From Octopus bimaculoides (taxonomy: Eukaryota): a stretch of DNA of 64,000 bases. The stretch spans positions 43,927,351-43,991,350 of the forward strand of contig NC_068986.1 of NCBI RefSeq assembly GCF_001194135.2, in the 5' to 3' direction. A program made the position numbers and the translations under genes. Every line of letters begins with the position of its first letter. Position 1 is the stretch's first letter. The notes below the pieces were generated by a model, which was given only the letters and a program-made list of their open reading frames with translations, was not told the DNA's origin and did not search any database. Of this stretch, positions 28,190 through 40,316 are shown one piece after another.

Positions 28190-28728
28190 CTATAACAAAT
28201 ACATAATAAAACTTGCAGCAAGAGTCTGGACATTTCACAAAAGAACAATAATACTACAAATAATGAGATGAACATTTTTATTAACAGACAAGAAGATGTT
28301 GCACACTAAAATAAGAATCTATTACATTTCATAACAAAAGAACAAGCAGTACATCCTCTAGTTTGTCTTATAATAATAATAATATTATAACTCCAACTGT
28401 AGTGTTATGAAAACCCCATCAATTTATCATACACAAAGTGTTTTAGTCAATAATAGTGTATCTTATTCCATCTCTTTCAAGATTTACAAAGACATTCAGT
28501 TAACAATTTAACCCGATGCTCCAGCATGAGCATAATCCAATGACTGAAACCAGTAGGAGAATATGATTAATGAACATATTTCCTTTTCTAATAAAATCAG
28601 AGAACAACAAAGATATTTAAGAACAGCTGACGTCTGTGACAGTGTCTAGACTACTCCTTTTAATCATTGCTTTCCTTTATCTAAGTTACCAGCAATCTTT
28701 CTCTTTCTCTCTTCCTCTCAATTTGTAG

Positions 28729-28771
<43 letters not shown>

Positions 28772-28772
28772 C

Positions 28773-28863
<91 letters not shown>

Positions 28864-29653
28864 NNNNNNNNNNNNNNNNNNNNNNNNNNNNNNNNNNNNN
28901 NNNNNNNNNNNNNNNNNNNNNNNNNNNNNNNNNNNNNNNNNNNNNNNNNNNNNNNNNNNNNNNNNNNNNNNNNNNNNNNNNNNNNNNNNNNNNNNNNNNN
29001 NNNNNNNNNNNNNNNNNNNNNNNNNNNNNNNNNNNNNNNNNNNNNNNNNNNNNNNNNNNNNNNNNNNNNNNNNNNNNNNNNNNNNNNNNNNNNNNNNNNN
29101 NNNNNNNNNNNNNNNNNNNNNNNNNNNNNNNNNNNNNNNNNNNNNNNNNNNNNNNNNNNNNNNNNNNNNNNNNNNNNNNNNNNNNNNNNNNNNNNNNNNN
29201 NNNNNNNNNNNNNNNNNNNNNNNNNNNNNNNNNNNNNNNNNNNNNNNNNNNNNNNNNNNNNNNNNNNNNNNNNNNNNNNNNNNNNNNNNNNNNNNNNNNN
29301 NNNNNNNNNNNNNNNNNNNNNNNNNNNNNNNNNNNNNNNNNNNNNNNNNNNNNNNNNNNNNNNNNNNNNNNNNNNNNNNNNNNNNNNNNNNNNNNNNNNN
29401 NNNNNNNNNNNNNNNNNNNNNNNNNNNNNNNNNNNNNNNNNNNGAATCAAAAGAACAGTTTTAAATAAAAAATAAAACTACAAAACGAAAACTAAGTACA
29501 TTAGAATATACAGTAGTAAGCAGAGCACACAGATTATAAAATATAGTTGCTATAATCAAGAAGCACATTTTTCCATTTCGTTTTCCAACACTGGTATGGC
29601 TTGGAGAAGTTGATATGACCAGTTATCCGCAGTCATGCCTTCATCTTGCAGAT

Positions 29654-29693
<40 letters not shown>

Positions 29694-30109
29694 CTCATTT
29701 CATTCACCTTCCACATAAATTTTCTCCTCCACCTACAGAAGTTATAAAATAACTTCAATTTTGAAAAGTTACTAATCTGATACAAATGCTCAAAATAACT
29801 TTCTAGTATTGCTTACATAGCTAAGATGTGATTCTTAGCACAAATTAATGGAAGAGTGTGCCAGCTAAACAAATATCTAATCAGCAATAATACTTTATAA
29901 CTGCCAAGTTATGTCCTACTTCTATTTCTTATACCACAAATAGAATGATCTCTGTTCATTGTACACATTTGAATGCATAGCAGATTCAAAATCAAATCAC
30001 TGGACAGCCATGCAGATGTCACATTGAGGTCACTGTCATTTCACATGAACATCCAATTAACCAACCAATAAGTGACCAATCAGCCATCATCTGATTAGAC
30101 TTCCTCGAG

Positions 30110-30372
30110 CAGGGGTTTTCAAACTTTTTGACTTGCGGACCCCTTTATATTTCAGGCTTTACCCCCTTATAAACGCTTATGAAATTTATACATAAATATT
30201 TGCTTAAAATAACATATATTTTTACATTTATTTATTTAACAGTATTTAACAAATAGGTTTATTGTCAATTAAAAGATTTCGATTAAAATCATATAAAATC
30301 AAATTGCCCATAAAAAGTATTTGCTGTCCACGGACCCCCTGTGGTCCACGGACCACAGTTTGAAAACCCCTG
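30110..30372. mobile_element. hAT-type MITE, 263 bp
   Basis: Perfect 16-bp TIR caggggttttcaaact / agtttgaaaacccctg. 8-bp TSD tcctcgag / tcctagag (7 of 8 match). Confidence 0.9.
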
Positions 30373-30903
30373 TCCTAGAGAACCTTCTAATGAGCCTTAT
30401 AAAAATGTGGATTTCTGATGGTAACCTCAGAATGTTGAGGTAATTGCTCTAACTCCATTATCATCTTTCATTCAATAGCCATGCAGATAGAAGGTACAGA
30501 TTTTGCCATCATAAATTTAGCACAATTATTTTTCCAGTTGTGATGAGCTAGTTCACAGATTGATATATACCAGCTATTTTGTAGTAGACCCCAGTAGTAT
30601 GTCTCTACCAGTGTATATAAACTGTTGCTTTTATCTTTCATCCAAAGACCAACATTAAAAACACTATGTGCAGTAAATAAAGCTTATCTGAATTTTTCAT
30701 GATTGTTGTTAACCATTTTTACATTCAGCCCTAGGATGGCGTTTTCTTTCTCCACAAAAATCAGTGAACCACAACATATGACAAATACATACAAAAGAAA
30801 CAACAGACTTTAAATTAAGTAAGACTTCATTCAGTAATTCTATACAACTTGTAAGTTGTGTCTTCCCTCTGTCTTATATTACCACTACTACTGTGTTATC
30901 CTT

Positions 30904-31159
30904 GGAGGCGCAATGGTCCAGTGGTTAGGGCAGCGGACTCGTGGTCATAGGATCGCGGTTTCGATTCCCAGACCGGGCGTTGTGAGTGTTTACTGAGCGA
31001 AAACACCTAAAGCTCTACAACACTCTGGCAGGGGATGGTGGTGAACCCTGCTGTACTCCTTCACCACAACTTGCACATTAATTTCACAAGCAGGTTGTTC
31101 CGTTGATCGGATCAACTGGAACCTTCGACGTCGTAAGCAACAGAGTGCCAACAACAATA
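30904..31159 (+). mobile_element. tRNA-derived SINE with perfect 12-bp TSD
   Basis: A box tggtccagtgg (30914-30924), B box gtttcgattcc (30958-30968), (CAA)n tail. TSD actgtgttatcc at 30890-30901 and 31160-31171. Confidence 0.85.
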
Positions 31160-33377
31160 ACTGTGTTATCCATTCACTGTTTACATTTTAACAAATACGA
31201 AAAAATACACTTTGTGAGATAATCAAGATTATTTAATATTTAAGTTTTTGATTCTCAGATATCTTGGAATAATCTTCAACTGTGGCTGGATGTTTATAGG
31301 TTTTTATTGGAACAAGGAAATTACAGGTCACCAGGTGCTGGCATAGTCATGTATTTAAGAAGTTTACTTTGAGACAATATGGTTTAGGGTTTGTTCCCAC
31401 TGTGTGGCACCATGGATGAATGTCTGCAACTACGACCTCAGACTGTAAATGGTACTGTCGGACAAAAATAGTAAGAAGCCTACCATGTATGTACATGTAT
31501 CTCTGTGTGGGTATGTATGCATGTGCGTTTGTGTCTTCTTGTTTTGGCATTGTTTGCAAGCTGCATAAAAAACGGTGTCACAGCTTACAGTTATCTTCTG
31601 AGGAAATATTGTCATTCAGTGGTTCATTGTTAGAAATGCTGGGGGAAATATTACTTTACTTGAAAATGAGTGAGTGTTGGCAACAGGATAAGCATCTAGC
31701 TGCAGAAAATTTGCCACAATGAGTTTTGAATAATTCGTACCAATATAGAAAATGAATATTAAAACAATGAGGTAATATTTATCCCCACTTAACCATGGAT
31801 ATTCTATTAGAACAAAATTTACTGCAGTAGTTGCCATCAGAGAAGCATTCACCTTGGATTTTTGGTGCAAAATGTGCTCTTGTTTATATCCCAAATTTGT
31901 TCTAAAGTTTGTGCCAATGTGAGACTTTCTTTCATGGCACCTACCACGGTAAAGTTTGTTCTAACAGAACATTCACTTTTAAGTGAGGATAAATGTTACC
32001 TCTCAGTATTAATACTGCCTTTGTCATTTATATTCGTTAAAACAATGATGATGACCTCTCTTGATAGTTTCTCCAACAGTCTAACTTGTACAACCTATTT
32101 CCAGCAAAGTTCATAGACAGACTTATTATCAAAGGCATTCCAGCTTTAACCATTTTTTTTTCCAGACATAGTGCATTTAGTGTGACATCATCCAATGTGG
32201 TAGGGTATGATTTGATGCCTATTTGGCTGCTATCTCTAGCAGATTGAATAATCACATAGAGACAGTGTCCGTTTGTTACTATATGAAGTGAATCACGGAG
32301 AAAGTTACTAGTTGACAGATACAAAACGCTGACCCTTCAATCTGTAGTCTTGCACACTCCTATTATAGAGTAATGTTCTTTACAACAACAACGAATTAGT
32401 AATCTAGTAGCAGAACCACTCTGTTCTACCATCATCGTCATCATTTATTATCCACTATTCTATGCTTATATGGGTCACATGGAATTTGTTTAGGCAGATT
32501 TTCTATGACCAGGTACCATTCCTGTTGCCAACTCTCACCTGTTTCCAAGTAAGGTCACATTGTTTCTATATTGAAAAAATGTTTTTCACAGAAGACTAGG
32601 TATAAACAATCTCACTTGTATGAAGATATCAAGACAAGGAGACAGAACATATGCACACGCATACATATACATATTCACATATACAACAGGTTTCTTTCAG
32701 CTTCCAATCCACTCACAAAGCTTTCATCAGCCAAAGCTATAGTACAAGACACTTACTCTATGTGCTATGTGGTGGGACTGAACCCAAAACCATGTAGTTG
32801 GGAACCAAACATCTTACTACACAGTCACATCTCACTATTTCAATTAATCAAGAAACTTTTGCATACAATATTCAATACATCACCACTAAATTTATAAAAG
32901 CAATTTGTTTATTACATTCTTTGAGCAGACATTTTTCATCTGCATAAGAAAAAACATCAAAGATGAAAAAAAAGATTATCTACATTATTTGAAAGATCAC
33001 TTTTGTACAATGCCAGAATGTCTTGTGAATTTTTCAAGCCAAGGGGTTTTAATCCCAATATTTATAAACTTTATTTAGGCACAGGTGTGGGTGTGTGGTA
33101 AGAAGCTCACTTTCCAACCACATGGTTCCAGGTTCAGTTTCACTGCATGGAACCTTGAGCAACTTTTTTTTATTATAGACTCAGACTGACCAAAGCCTTA
33201 GGAGTGGATCTGGTAGACAGAAACTGAAAGAAGTCCATCGTATATTTATATATATATATGTATATTATATTTTTCCGGATGAAAATAATTCTTCTGTTTA
33301 GGGCATTATTCCCTAGGTTTCCAAGGCTTTTTAATCATACTTTATTTAAGGGATTCCTTTCATTTCCATATGAATTT

Positions 33378-33958
33378 GTATAAATAAAAATCATAGGAAG
33401 AATCAATTTATTAAACGAAGTCCAATAAATATCATCAAATAAATGGAACAGGTTTTGATGCTAATATGGATAGTTTAATTAAATCTAACCAGACAGCTGT
33501 TTCTTTCGCAAAAGACCATATACTCTTGAAGAAATGGTATTTCATCAAAAGTAATACACATTATTATATTATGTCATTTAGAACTGATCAGTGGACAATA
33601 ATTAAATATTTCAATATTTAAAATTAGTACCTTTAGTTTTCTTTTTTGTTATCATATTATACTGATTCTGTTTCCTAACTAATTTATTCCTTTCACTCGC
33701 CAAATCAAATTCAAAACTGAAGCTTACAAGATTATCCACTGATGAGTTCCAAATGATATAATATAATGTGTATTACCTTTGTTGAAATAGCTATTCTTCA
33801 ATTGTATACCTGAAATATGGTCCTTTGCAACAGAAACAGCTGTATGGTTAGATTTAATTAAATTATCCATATTAGCATCAAAGCCTGTTCCATTTATTTG
33901 ATGACACTTATTGGACTCTGTCTGATAAATTGATTCTTCTAATGATTTTTATTTTATA
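33378..33958. repeat. Long foldback, ~220-bp inverted arms and ~130-bp spacer
   Basis: 33378-33600 pairs with 33730-33958. The outer ~140 bp are about 85-90% identical by eye. Confidence 0.9.
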
Positions 33959-34885
33959 TATATGTGTGTGAGTGTATATATCTGTGTGTGTGTGTGTGTG
34001 TGTCTTTGTGTCTGTGTTTGTCCCCCCATCACTACTTGACAACTGGTTTTGGTGTGTTTACGTCCCCCATAACTTAGCAGTACAGTAAAAGAGAATAAGT
34101 ACTAGGCATAAAATATTAAGTCCTGGGGTTGAATTGTTCAACTAAAATCCTTCAGGGTGGTGCTCCAGTATGGCCACAGTCAAATGACTGAAACAAGTAA
34201 AAGAATAAAAGGTTAGCTTTTTTTAAGACAGCATGCCAGACAAAACGCTTAGTGGTGTTTTGTCCGTCTTTACATTCTGAGTTCAAATTCCGCCAAGATC
34301 AACTTATCCTTTCAGGATCAATAAAATAAGTACCAGGGGGTCGATGTAATCTACTTATCCCCTCCCCAGAAAATGCTGGCCTTGTGCCAAAATTTGAAAC
34401 CATTATTTATAGCTTTATCTATTATTTGTCTAGAAAATCCCAAATTCATTTTTGTCACGCATGTCCTACCATCATCTGCATCATCATCATCATCATTTAA
34501 TGTTTGCTTTCCATGCTGGCATGGGTTAGATGATTTGACAGGAACTGGCTAGGCAGAAGACTGCACCATGCTTCACTGTCCATTTTGGATTGGTTTTTTA
34601 CAGCTGGATGCCCTTACTAACAACAACCACTCACAGTGGTGTGAGTGTTTTTTACGTGGCACCAGCAGAGACAAGGTCAGTTTTGGCATGGTTTTTTTTT
34701 TTTCACAACTGGATACCCTTCCAAATGCCAACCACTTTGCAGTGTGAACTGGATGCTTTTTATGTGACACCAGCACTGGCAGGGTCACCAAGTAGCTTGC
34801 AAGACAAAGATCCTTTGAGAGGGGATGTGACATTGGAGGAGGTAATCTTGTGCCAGATGATGAAAGGTTAGATGATGAAAGTTTA

Positions 34886-37800
34886 GAGGGGTTCCCAACC
34901 TGGTCCGTGTGGACTACTAGGTGGTCCACAGGAAAATTCAGATGGTCCGTGGAAAATTTTATGTGGTTCACCTGAAGAATTAACATTTTTCCATACACGC
35001 ATGTCGCGCAAACGAAATATGCCTCATCACATATGTGTGAGCACATACGAGTGCACTCATTGCTTTTTGGACAATTAGCTATTCAATCATACACAGGCGT
35101 GTACCAGACAGGTACAGACATGTACAATCGGATCTACGTTTGCCCACATTAAAAACACACAAAAAACTGTGTTCTCAGCCAGTTAACACGATCATGTTTT
35201 CTACCTGACTTTTGAATTGAGCTTACCCAACATATCGTACTATGTCTCTCTAGGTACGTACATTTTTATGCAAGTATTAGTCTAATTGTAATCTGTAGAA
35301 ATTTTGCTGCCAGTGATATGGAAAAACGTTTCCTTAATTCTCCGTCCACCGACTCAGAAAAAAGATTCTGTAGACGATATCACAAATAATATATCAAATA
35401 TGGCTTCGTATCCAATGTAGAATATCCTTTTTACCACAGAGAATTATCTGCTCAAAAGTATTAACTAACAACTCAATGAAACCCAGGAAATCGTTGTATC
35501 ATCTACAAAAATCCATCCTGGTTTATTTGGCAAGCTAAAGGAGTACTTCAAAGAATACCATCACAAAAAAAATGTTTCATCTTCATCACTCAAAAATTTC
35601 CTCATCCATACTAATAACCGTTCTGGTCTGCAGGCATCCTATAACATTTCGCTCATGATATCAAAACAGGGTTGCCCACATACCATTGGCGAAGATCTGA
35701 TTAGGCCCTTCATACTTGAAGCATATAAAGTTGCTAATGTGCCAAACACTGTATCAGTTTTAGCAAGTATTCCACTTTCAAACGACACTGTATCTTCGAC
35801 CATTTGTGAAATGGCCGAAGATGTCGAATCCATAGTTGTAGAAGACTTGCGACACTGCAGGCAACAAATGTGTTGTGCTTGTACCACAATTTGCGAAAAC
35901 CTACTCTTTATAAAAACAATACTGAAAAACACGGGAGAGACAACTACACTGCAGTCATGGATTATCTTGCTAAAAATGGCATTGATCCCCTCAACTTCAT
36001 ATCAATATGCACTGACAGAGCACCATCTATGATTGGCAAATCCCAGGGTTTTGTTGCCAGAGGGATAGAATTTAATCCCGTCTTCACAATTCGTTGTGTT
36101 CTCCATCAAGAAAATCTGAGAGCAAAAAGAACCAGAAATAATATATTTTCTGAAACCCTAGACTTAATTGCTTCTGCAGTAAAAAAAAATTTAAAGATCT
36201 GCTCATCAAGACAGGCATTTTCAAGAAACTTGTAAAGATGAAATGTTCAACCGTCTGTTGTATTCAACAGATATACGCTGGCTATCAATGGGAAGTTGTC
36301 TCGGATGTTTTGTGGCACTTTTCGATAAAGTCATAGAGTTTATTCAACAGACTGATCCAGCTATGACAGCATCACTTTCTCAGAAAAACCTGTAATTTTT
36401 TATTTACATGAAACCTTTCAAAAACTTAATGATCTCAATATTTTTTTACAAAAGCAAAACATCAACATTGTACAAGCCAGACACTTGATAAGGGCGTTTG
36501 TGAATAAACTCATTCTTTGGAAACTTCAAATTGAAAATCAACTTTCTGCAGTTCATGAACTTAAAAACTGTTGTGGTAGATAACAACTTGCACATATATA
36601 TAATCAGGCATCTATCTTTCCTTCATGAAAACTTCAATATTCGTTTTGAAGATCATTTGGTTTTAAATATCCCAATTTTTGTGGACTCTCTTCACACAAT
36701 ATCTATGAACGATATACTTGTTCAACCAGAATGCATTCAGATAGAGCTATGTAAGGTGACGGTAGATGATAATCTGCACAAATCGTCTGAAAACAACTGG
36801 GTTAAGGCTTGGTTGAATCATTCTTACAAATATCCAAAGCTGTTTGAACAAGTCGAGCTTTTTATTATAAATCTCTCGACATCCTACTTGGCTGAAAACA
36901 GATTTTCCCTTGTCCTCCACTCATTCACGAAGCAGCGGATGCATTTGAACCTTGATAACAATGCTGATTTGAGAATTTGTTTGAGCCAAAAAGAGTCAAG
37001 GATTTCTCAGCTTGTGGATAAAAAGCAAGCCCAAAGGTCTCACCGAAGGTTTCTTTCGTTTTTCACAACGACTTGTTGCTGACATTTTTAAGTTAATTCC
37101 AATTTGTTATATTCCCTCAAACATTTACACGACCTTTTGTACTGATCCCAACTTCACTCCTCACATTTTTTGAATTTACCCTTCACATCATCATCATCAT
37201 CGTTTAACGTCCGCTTTCCATGCTAGCATGGGTTGGACGATTTGACTGAGGACTGATGAAACCGGATGGCAACACCAGGCTCCAATCTAATTTGGCAGAG
37301 TTTCTACAGCTGGATGCCCTTCCTAACGCCAACCACTCAGAGAGTGTAGTGGGTGCTTTTACGTGTCACCTGCACGAAAACGGCCACGCTCGAAATGGTG
37401 TCTTTTATGTGCCACCCGCACAAGCCAGTCCAGGGGCACTGGCAACGATCTCACTCGAAAATCCTACGGGAGCCAGTCAGGCGGTACTGGCAACGGCCAC
37501 GCTCAAAATGGTGCATCTCATGTGCCACCCACACAAGAGCCAGTCCAGGGGCACTGGCAACGATCTTACTTGGCTTGCCGGGTCTTCTCACGCACAGCAC
37601 ATTTCCACAGCTTTTTTTCTGAATAAAAGGTTGTGTTTTCTACAACTCAGTAACCTTTTCTATTCGATTCTATCAAATAAAGCTTTCTTGAGAAAACTGG
37701 TTTTGTTATTGGTGTTCTCAGTTATTTGTTCTCTGTGAGAACAAAAAAGGAACTTTCATTGCAAAGTGAAAATGATACTAATATTTATGAGTAGCAGTTC

Positions 37801-37889
37801 TTTTATAATAAATTTAAAATTTGAGGTGGTCCACAAGAAACAATTACTTATTTTGGTGGCCCACAGAAGAAAAAGATTGGGAACCCCTG
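34886..37889 (+). mobile_element. Decayed hAT (Charlie/Buster-type) DNA transposon, ~3.0 kb
   Basis: Termini gaggggttcccaacc ... gattgggaacccctg form a 15-bp TIR with 2 mismatches. Flanks gtttaga / ggttaga resemble an 8-bp TSD. Frameshifted transposase pieces: PHTIGEDLIRP...IPLSNDTVS (35655-36032), ICTDRAPSMIG...RCVLHQENL (35870-36235) and the C-terminal STSYLAENRFS...DLRICLS...KQAQRSH (36531-37082). Confidence 0.9.
37186..37610 (-). mobile_element. Young RTE LINE 3' end inserted inside the hAT fossil
   Basis: (CAT)n tail, CpG-retaining terminus nearly identical to 52681-52802, and an internal ~70-bp duplicated unit. Confidence 0.85.
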
Positions 37890-38034
37890 GGTTAGACTGA
37901 CAGAGAGAGAGAGAGCGAGAGAGAGAGATAACCTCTGGGTTAGACTGACAGAGAGAGAGAGAGAGAGAGAGAACCCTTGGGTTAGACTGACTGGGAACCC
38001 CTGGGTTAGACTGACAGAGAGAGAGAGAGAGAGA
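37882..38034 (+). repeat. Four tandem copies of aacc(c/t)(c/t)tgggttagactgac separated by (GA)n
   Basis: Copies start at 37882, 37930, 37972 and 37996. Confidence 0.9.
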
Positions 38035-39088
38035 ATGACTATATTTGTGTTAGCAGGTAAATGAGAATTGTCACCACAGACATTGCTGTCAGCAAGCTGA
38101 AGAGCATATTCTGAGATTTCAAGATCAATATAAACAAACACTATGATGTTTTTTATGCTGCTCTGGAGAAATTCAGAGGAATTAGCAGCTAATGTTTACA
38201 AGTAAAAAGAGTTACTTTATGCAATGTCATGTTATACTTTTTGGATCTTCTCCAAGGCTGTATGGTAAGAAGCTTCCTTCCCAACCACATGGTTCCAAGT
38301 TCAGTCTCACTGCGTGACACATCTTGGGCCTTGTGAGTTAATTTTGAAGACAGAAACTGAAAGAAACTGATGGAAACTGAAAGAAGTGTGTGTATGTCTT
38401 TGTGTCTGTTCCATATTACCACTGGTGTTGGTATGTTTATGTCCCTATAATTTAGTGGTTTGACAAAACAGATTGATAGAATAAGTACCAGGCTTTAAAG
38501 AAAAAGTACTGGAGTCAATTCATTCAACTAAAAATTCTTCAAGGTGATGCCCAAGCATGACCACAGTCTAATGACTGAAACAGGTAAAAGATAGAAGATA
38601 AAACATACATTCCAGGTAAAAAAAAAATTTTGTTTTAATAGTCGCCTGGGTAGTCAAACTTTACTGTAAAAAATCAATTAATTCAACTCTTGTAAATATT
38701 CAAAATTTACAAATGAGGAAGGGCATCCAGCTGTAGAAACCATGCCAAATCAGACAGGAGTCTGGTGCAGCCCCTCAACTTACCAGCCCTGGTCAAACCA
38801 TCCAACCCACGCCAACATGGACAATGGACATTAAAAGATGATGATGACACTTCATAATTTGTGTCTTTGACTGTCATGTACGTCACATGAAAATGGCCCA
38901 ACTTGAGAAGGATGGGTTTCTGTGGAGCTAACTTGCTGTAGACTTACAGTATACAGTACAATCACCCAGCAACCCACTGAGCATATATAACTTAAACATA
39001 AATATATACATAAACTTGCACATTTATATAAACTATGTAATTCTTAGAAAATGTTTATTTTGTCATCAGCAGTGAAAAAATTACTTAC

Positions 39089-39173
39089 TTTGTATTAGGA
39101 ATGACTTCCCAGCTGACTGGTGAAAAAAGCTGTACACAATATTTTTCTGTCATTGGGTAAACAAACCGATCAT
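39089..39173 (-). CDS. CPSF1: CPSF1 coding exon, (D)DRFVYPMTEKYCVQLFSPVSWEVIPNT(K)
   Basis: 85 nt, tttag / gtaag, phase 1-2. Resembles human DERYIHP...IQLISPVSWEAIPN. Confidence 0.94.
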
Positions 39174-39689
39174 CTAAACAATCAAGAAAGGCAAAAATAT
39201 GATTATAAACAGGAGGAGATGTTACACATATGAAGAAAATCTGCCTCAACAAGTTTCATTTAATTCATGTCAGGACAGTAGAGCAGACATAAAGCAAAAC
39301 GGATGAAACTTGATACAAATTGCCTTATACCCATAGAGGGGAACTTTTGTTACCGACAATGATGATGATGTAGACTTTCTACATGGATGCATGATCTGCT
39401 TCAAATAGCAACCAAGCCTCACTCAAATCACACATTATTTTCTGGAAAAAAGTCTGGATAGTCAAGGCAAGAATATCTTTGATAAAATAGCATCCAAATC
39501 ATCCTCAAATCCTACTCTACTGTCTTAGCAAAAGACGCATTCAAAATTTAGTCCTGGGTAGCCTTTGATCAAAAGATGGATTAATCAGGACTGACAAAAA
39601 GATTTTCATCATCATCATCATCATCATCCTTAAAAGAAGAGAATGAACCATAAATTCAGACATAAGTAGCAGAAGGAAACATAACATAC

Positions 39690-39780
39690 CTCGTTCAATG
39701 ATTTCAAATTCTCTTTCATCAGTGGTGGTTTTGGGCAGCTTATTAGAGGGTTCTTGAGCACTGCTGACAACAGCATACGT
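39690..39780 (-). CDS. CPSF1: CPSF1 coding exon, TYAVVSSAQEPSNKLPKTTTDEREFEIIER
   Basis: 91 nt, ggtag / gtatg, phase 0-1. Resembles human VYAVATS...EEKEFETIER. Confidence 0.92.
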
Positions 39781-40316
39781 CTACCAAAAAAATATGAAAA
39801 GTAAAGAAAACAAATCACAATTGCAAACAAGAAAATAGAGCCAACAGAAATAAAAATTACTATTCTTTTATTCTTTTACTAGCAGGACTCATGGAATTTC
39901 CATGAACCGATTAATAGAATGTTGAGTAAATAATAAACTTTTTCAACATATATGTATGTACAAAGATAATGCATTGAAGAAAGGAGTAATTAAGATCTCT
40001 ACATATATAATACAATGAGATACTTAGGCAGCATATACTAAAATTACATATATTTGTACAGTTTTATTTACAAATAAGTTTAGCTATTAATTCTATCCTT
40101 TTTTAACATACAATACTCATAGGCTTGGAAAATAAACAATATATAGAGATACTTGGGAGTGTCCACTACGTGTGCAAAGATTGTCAATGTCAATCAGTCC
40201 GTGGTACTCCCCCCTCCTAACATAGAGCCATGCTAGTTTCTTCTGATAGGAATACAGAAAACAATAGATCTATATATGTACAAAACTGTATAATATGTAG
40301 CATACTTCTCTCTCTC

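Noticed and set aside
30904-30980. tRNA gene
   Set aside because: A and B boxes are present, but there is no clean acceptor stem or anticodon arm. It continues into a SINE body with tail and TSD.
37882-38034. CRISPR-like repeat-spacer array
   Set aside because: The spacers are (GA)n microsatellite, the repeat is a transposon junction, and the context is a eukaryotic intron.
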